Source: Felis catus (lineage: Eukaryota). From it: a stretch of 64,000 bases of DNA. A program made the translations under genes and the position numbers. Positions 61,784 to 64,000 of the stretch are shown one piece after another (positions within the stretch are counted from its first letter, which is position 1; each line of letters begins with the position of its first letter). The stretch covers positions 51,834,001-51,898,000 of the forward strand of contig NC_058382.1 in the NCBI RefSeq assembly GCF_018350175.1. Direction: 5' to 3'. Under the pieces are notes generated by a model. The model did no database searches and was not told the origin of the DNA. It saw nothing but the letters and a program-made list of their open reading frames with translations.

Positions 61784-63389
61784 AGGTACAGAACAAACAT
61801 GTTGTTACCCATCTAACCTCACACGGATGGCAAGTCACGCTTCTGTGCCAGATACAGCCACACAGAAAACTTAATCCCAAAGCCCTGCCCTTTCCCTGAT
61901 ATCAGGTAACCTGGGTGTGGCCTCTCTCTTGCTTCCTGGGTTAGTGAAGACTGAAGGGTTTGAGATTCGGGACCAAAAAGATACACAGCAATGCTTGGAA
62001 TGAAACAGACAACAATGACGTGAGGGAACACAAAGGCTGAAAAATTCCCGCACTCAATTTATTGTCTTCTATCTTGTTTTTGTTGTTGTTCCCTAATAGC
62101 CATTACACCCTCAGAAACTGACTTTCCAGGGCATTATAAATCCAAACATTTAGCAGAGCCAGCGCTAAAATAGCTCATTAAAGGGTGTGCGTTGGAAAGA
62201 AGGATTGTCAGCGTACTTTATACACAGTAATCAATTACGGCAAATTTCTCAGCACTGGTGTCTATCACTCTTCTTTAAGATACAATCATGGAAATGAGAT
62301 CATCACCCTTAAAGAAGTTGTTCAGTGCATCTGAAGTTGTTCCCCCGCAAATACTCCAAGGCAGGAGGAAGGGGAGGGACATCCCCAGAAGTCTAAGCCT
62401 AAAGAGTAAAGCTCTTTACAAGTTCAGAGCGGCAAAGAAGGCTTCAGCTGGAGGAATGTGAGTTGAGTGTGGTAACAATGGGATCTTGGCGGTGTGGGCT
62501 GCTCCCATTTGTAGCATCTGCCTGTATTCGTGGTGTAAAGATTCCCACCCTTGCCATTTGCAAGCAACCAGTGTGCTGTCGGCTGACTTGCTAAATTCCT
62601 GAATATTTAATCATCAGTGATAATGAGCAAGTCACACACACCGCTGACTTTGGTTTTGAAGCTAATACGAATCTTGCCTTCAGCTCAGTGACACGTCCCT
62701 GCTTAATTTTGTTTCCAATGGCTTTCTTTCCGCCTTCCGATCTTCTAGTAACATCGAATACAGTGTTTCATCTACTTATGTGTGATGGCATGGGGTAGGG
62801 CTTTAACATGGAACAGCCTCGCATTGAATCATCCGGTGAGAAAAGTATTTCCTTTGCATTTCCCTCTTAATGCTCCATGCCAGGACTAAAGTCCCCGTGG
62901 GGAGCTCACGTGCTTTGACACCTCTAGAACACCTGTTCCTCACCCTTTTCCAAAGAGGGAGGGGGCCCCAGGTTCAAGTCTTCAGGCAGGCAGTGGTATC
63001 AAACCAGAATGTAATAAAATCGTTGCATTTTATTTTACTTATTATGCTTGGCTTTTTCTGGTAAATAATACTGATTTTTTTCCCCATGTATGGCAACAGC
63101 ACAGAGTTTTCTTCGAAACATGTTACTAAATATGCTACTTGTACTTAGGAGATACCTGGATGAAGCAAAAGTCACTTGCCGCTGGGAATCTTCAGAAGAT
63201 GAGACCCAGCCTCTGTGGGGTGTGTGCTTGTAGGGCTCTCTGGGGACAGAAATGCCCGGAGGCAGCTTGGTTACATTTGTAGTTATTCTCTACCTTTGGG
63301 GTCTCCTGCTCCCACCTAAATCAAACATCATGTAAATGATTCATCTCAATCAAACAGACTTAGACACAAGTAGCAGTGTGCTGTCACAC

Positions 63390-63550
63390 GCTGATTTATA
63401 GCAGGTGCCAATTTCCCTGGTGTAAATATTCCCACATGGCTGATTTCAAGCAAGCAACGTGACATCACTGAGCTCAGAACTGGGAAGAAATGTGCACAGT
63501 CAGCTTGCCACTTACATGAGCCAGCAGGAGCTGGCTCCAGCACGCCATTG
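63390..63550 (-). mobile_element. MER63A-like hAT transposon
   Basis: ggtgtaaatattcccacatggctgatttcaagc...gctggctccagcacgccattg is the reverse complement of the MER63 start. Confidence 0.7.
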
Positions 63551-63659
63551 GCTCTAACCGCCACTTGTCGTAGGTTTTGGATTATCTTGGAAGGCACCAC
63601 CCAGGGCACCTTCCCGTGGCAACTCATGCAAGCCCCCAAAGCTACAGTTGCTGCTGCTG

Positions 63660-63790
63660 ACTTCCCATTTTGCAGAGAGGTAACTACTCTGGGGCAGAGA
63701 GGTTACGGGACGGGCCCAAGGTCATGCAGTTGGTAGGTGATGGGCATGTGGATTGAACTAGGTCTGAGCACAAGCCCCCTTCTCTACCAC
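63660..63790. mobile_element. MIR SINE remnant
   Basis: cccattttgcagagagg...gcagagaggtta...cccaaggtcatgcag. Confidence 0.6.
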
Positions 63791-64000
63791 GGGGGCAGAC
63801 GTCACCGCGCTCCGTGTCTCATCCTCACGCATCAGATGTATCACCCCCCAGAGTAAGGAATGTAGCTCCCTTTCACCTGCCACTTGAGGCCTGAAACACT
63901 CTAAGTGGCATTTGAAGCCCTGTCTGCCTTACCTCTCCAGATACACATCTTCTGACCCAAGCCCGTCTGCATAGCACACAAGGAAGAAAAATGAAACAAA

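Larger units (their letters stand above)
1..64000 (+). other. VAT1L: Internal part of the VAT1L transcription unit (late intron 3 to within intron 7); start, stop and terminal exons lie outside the window
   Basis: Four colinear in-frame exons whose spliced translation matches recalled VAT1L. No exon resembling the next segment (VKEAMQRIHDRGNIGK...) was seen after 20626. Confidence 0.9.

Noticed and set aside
5129..61880. Many similar ORFs (MAQSVKRPTSAQVMIS..., ...GAEREGDTESE...) suggesting a gene family
   Set aside because: All are translations of SINEC copies.
1..64000. A previously undescribed multi-component biological system
   Set aside because: All confidently coding sequence belongs to one known gene, and the remainder is explained by ordinary mammalian repeats and intron. 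Nothing visible supports such a claim.

Overview
This is mammalian genomic DNA, almost certainly from a felid, judging by about 28 tRNA-derived CAN-SINE (SINEC_Fc-like) copies. The whole window lies inside the VAT1L gene (vesicle amine transport 1-like, a zinc-free MDR/quinone-oxidoreductase-like protein) on the + strand. Four internal coding exons are present: 4101-4243, 14389-14492, 16711-16766 and 20432-20626. All are flanked by canonical AG/GT and splice into one open 166-codon frame. By recalled human gene structure these are exons 4-7. The rest is intron filled with SINEC, MIR, L2, L1 fragments, MLT1 LTRs, MER DNA-transposon fossils and microsatellites. Nearly all ORFs in the supplied track are spurious. 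I see no evidence of a new multi-gene biological system. The most notable local oddities are a 98-bp inverted duplication about 2.5 kb apart, a 47-bp tandem duplication carrying perfect heat-shock elements, a U6 5' fragment with a target-site duplication, a tailless SINE insertion, a phase-0 498-nt exon block that could circularise into a stop-free ORF, and two degenerate minisatellites. Repeat family names come from recalled consensus sequences, and their boundaries are approximate.
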